Assembly: GCA_965277305.1 (NCBI GenBank)
Contig: CBDICH010000005.1
Location: forward strand, 368,671-432,670
DNA length: 64,000 nt
Reading direction: 5' to 3'
DNA from: Nakamurella sp.
Lineage (GTDB): Bacteria > Actinomycetota > Actinomycetes > Mycobacteriales > Nakamurellaceae
Positions 61,557-64,000 of this stretch are shown in pieces (the first letter of the stretch is position 1; each line of letters starts with the position of its first letter). Made by a program: the position numbers and the translations under genes. The notes under the pieces were generated by a model that saw only the letters and a program-made list of their open reading frames with translations, had not been told where the DNA came from and made no database searches.

Positions 61557-64000
61557 ATGGGCATCGGGCAGCCTCTCCACCGATCTATCCGCCGCCTGTG
61601 GTGGGTGGTGACCGCGGTGGTGCTGGCTCTGGTCTACCCGACCGCGCAGTCCAACGCCGACCCGGTCCAGCGGCCGGCGTTCACCCAGCAGACCAGCCCG
61701 GCGTCGGATCTGATTCCCGGCTCGGCGCCCGGCACTCCTGTTCCGCCCGAACGCATCAGCAGTCTCATCGTGAAGACGGCAGACGCCCGGGCCGTCACGG
61801 CTCCGATCCGGCAACGGGCTGCACGCCTGGCGGCGGCAGCCGACGCGGGGTCGGTCACCGGAGTCACCCTCGGGGGTGGGGGCGCCAGCGTGCTGACATT
61901 GGCCGCACCGATCAGCGCGGACGCCGCAGTCGCGATGTCGACGGCACTCGCCAGCCAGCCCGGCGTCGAGTGGGCGGAGCCGAACTGGCCCATGCACGCC
62001 GTGGAGGCTTCACCTGTCGCGATCAACGATCCTGACTACAGCCGGCAGTGGGCGCTGTGGGACGCGCCGTCGACGATCCAGGGCGGGTATTCGATCCACG
62101 CGCCCGAGGCCTGGCAGAAGACCACCGGTTCGAGTTCGATCGTGGTCGCGGTGCTCGACACCGGCATCACCGACCACCCGGATCTCGACACGCAAATCGT
62201 CAAGCAGGCCGGCGTCGACTACGGCTACGACATGGTCAGCGACCCGGCCATCTCCAACGATGGTGACGGACGGGACCCGGACGCGCACGACCCCGGCGAC
62301 TACTCCAGCGCGTTCGGCTGTGACCGACACAGCAGCTGGCACGGCACACACGTGGCCGGGATCATCGCGGCCGCCCAGAACAACGGCGTGGGGGTCAGTG
62401 GCGTGGCACCGGGAGTGAGGCTGGAGCCGGTGCGGGTGCTCGGCGCGTGCGGCGGCGCCACCAGCGACGTGGCCGACGGGATCCGTTGGGCCGCAGGTGG
62501 AACCGTCACGGGCGTACCGGCAAACCTGCATCCGGCCAAGGTGATCAATCTGTCGCTCGGCGGCGCCACGACCGACGGCTGCCCCAGCGAGTACCAGACT
62601 GCCATCGACTATGCGCGGAGCCGCGGGACCGTCGTCGTGGTCGCGGCCGGCAACAGCGGCGTGGCCGCGAGCGGGTTCACTCCGGCCAACTGCAGGGGTG
62701 TGATCACCACGGTCGCGACCGGTCGCACCGGATCGCTGGCGTTCTACTCCGACTTCGGCACGAGGACCGGCGACGTGCAGATCGCGGCACCGGGCGGTGA
62801 CGACCCGACCTACGACACGAACGACGACGAGCAGATCCTGTCCACCCTCAACAGCGGGTCGACCGTGCCTGCAGACCCCATCTACGGCTACCTCCAGGGC
62901 ACCAGCATGGCCACCCCTCAGGTGAGCGGCACGGTCGCCCTGATGTTGTCGGTCAGATCGATGACGCCCGACCAGGTGTTGGCCGTACTCCGTGATACCG
63001 CCACTCCGTTCCCGGTCGTCGGTGGCCGACAGAATTGCACGGCCGTGGCCTGCGGCGCCGGCATCGTCGACGCCGGCGCCGCCGTGGCGCAGGTGGCCGG
63101 TGCGGCCGCCGGCACATTTTCGGCCGTCGACCCCGTGCGAGTGCTGGACAGTCGGATCCCGGCCCGGCCGTTGGCGGCCGGCACGACGAGATCGGTCACC
63201 CTCGGCGGCCACAGCGGCGTGCCACTCGACGCCTCGGCCGTGGCGGTGACGTTCACCGCCGTCGGACCCGGCAGCGGTGGTTACCTGACCGTCTTCCCCA
63301 CAGGTAAGACCAGGCCGGGCACGTCGAACCTGAACTTCGCAGCCGGGTCGACGACCGCCGGATCGGCGATCCTGCCGCTCGGCACCAATGGGCAGATCAA
63401 CGTCTTCAACGGTTCTGCCGGACAGATCAATCTGGTCGTCGATGTGACCGGCTACTTCCGGCCCGGTGTCGCCACTGTGGCCGGCGCGATCCGGCCGGTG
63501 CCCGCCACCCGCATCCTGGACACCAGGACGCCGGCCGGAGGAGCCGGTCAGCTCGCCGGCACCAGCAGCCGGTCCGTGCAGGTATCCGGAAGAGCCGGGA
63601 TTCCGTCCACGGCAACGGCGGTGATCGCCACTGTTTCCGAGACCGGCGGACGGTCCCCCGGTTATCTCTCCGTCTTCAAGACTGGGGCCTCCCGCCCAGC
63701 CACATCGAACGTGAACTTCGGCGCCGGGGCGACCACAGCAGGCCTGGTGGTGGCCCAACTCAATTCCACCGGACAGTTCTCGATCTACAACGGCTCACCG
63801 AACGGGGTCTCGGTCGTCGTGGACGTCACCGGCTATGTCATCGGCGGCACCGCGACGGTGGTCGGCTCCTACGTACCGGTCAACCCGGTGCGCCTGCTGA
63901 ACACCGGGTCTGGTGCTACCGCGCTCGCCCCCGGACAGACCACCGCGGTGCGGACAGCAGTACCGGTTACGGCATCCGGCGTGGTGACGACGATCTGCGC
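61557..64000 (+). CDS. Secreted S8 (subtilisin-like) serine protease with repeated C-terminal beta-rich domains, 3'-truncated
   Basis: Hand translation: signal peptide, VAVLDTG, HGTHVAG, AAGN, GTSMATP, then repeats of PVRVLD...GYLTVF...SNLNF...VDVTGY; not in the ORF track because there is no stop in the window. Confidence 0.92.
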   Translation, partial: MGIGQPLHRSIRRLWWVVTAVVLALVYPTAQSNADPVQRPAFTQQTSPASDLIPGSAPGTPVPPERISSLIVKTADARAVTAPIRQRAARLAAAADAGSVTGVTLGGGGASVLTLAAPISADAAVAMSTALASQPGVEWAEPNWPMHAVEASPVAINDPDYSRQWALWDAPSTIQGGYSIHAPEAWQKTTGSSSIVVAVLDTGITDHPDLDTQIVKQAGVDYGYDMVSDPAISNDGDGRDPDAHDPGDYSSAFGCDRHSSWHGTHVAGIIAAAQNNGVGVSGVAPGVRLEPVRVLGACGGATSDVADGIRWAAGGTVTGVPANLHPAKVINLSLGGATTDGCPSEYQTAIDYARSRGTVVVVAAGNSGVAASGFTPANCRGVITTVATGRTGSLAFYSDFGTRTGDVQIAAPGGDDPTYDTNDDEQILSTLNSGSTVPADPIYGYLQGTSMATPQVSGTVALMLSVRSMTPDQVLAVLRDTATPFPVVGGRQNCTAVACGAGIVDAGAAVAQVAGAAAGTFSAVDPVRVLDSRIPARPLAAGTTRSVTLGGHSGVPLDASAVAVTFTAVGPGSGGYLTVFPTGKTRPGTSNLNFAAGSTTAGSAILPLGTNGQINVFNGSAGQINLVVDVTGYFRPGVATVAGAIRPVPATRILDTRTPAGGAGQLAGTSSRSVQVSGRAGIPSTATAVIATVSETGGRSPGYLSVFKTGASRPATSNVNFGAGATTAGLVVAQLNSTGQFSIYNGSPNGVSVVVDVTGYVIGGTATVVGSYVPVNPVRLLNTGSGATALAPGQTTAVRTAVPVTASGVVTTIC

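Overview
High-GC actinomycete chromosome segment. Gene content and order resemble the conserved core of non-streptomycete Actinomycetia such as Nakamurella/Geodermatophilus/Pseudonocardia-type organisms; this taxonomy is inference only. From left to right the window holds: a small accessory block (TMEM175-like channel, HxlR regulator with an aldo-keto reductase, VOC protein, a Pit transporter with PHO-box-like repeats, an OmpR-type two-component pair); menB-menE-menA; cds1-like/DUF4229/Lrp/bldC; a complete system II cytochrome c maturation operon; cobA-hemD, rex and a glutaredoxin; the acyltransferase/epimerase/bS22/excisionase-like/proC block; fused ispDF, carD, lpqE, radA, disA, a carbonic anhydrase, mutY, clpC, lsr2, lysS; folK/B/P/E, ftsH, hpt, tilS, dacB, ppa; an HBHA/MLDS-like operon; and a secreted S8 protease running off the right end that is absent from the ORF track. 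I saw no rRNA, tRNA, CRISPR array, transposase or prophage, and no clearly novel multi-gene system. The most notable points are: (1) hemA, hemC, hemB and hemL are all missing from their usual slots while hemD and the heme-consuming ccs operon remain; (2) an intact AMP-binding-family ORF has lost its P-loop and catalytic Lys (candidate pseudoenzyme); (3) a MIRU-like 62-bp repeat forms a chain of GTGA-coupled 21-aa mini-ORFs; (4) ispD and ispF are fused in frame; (5) the HBHA-like protein has an expanded 11-mer amphipathic repeat and a perfect palindromic operator upstream; (6) unrelated short tandem duplications recur just downstream of stop codons; (7) the pan/coaX block is absent between DUF6779 and lysS.
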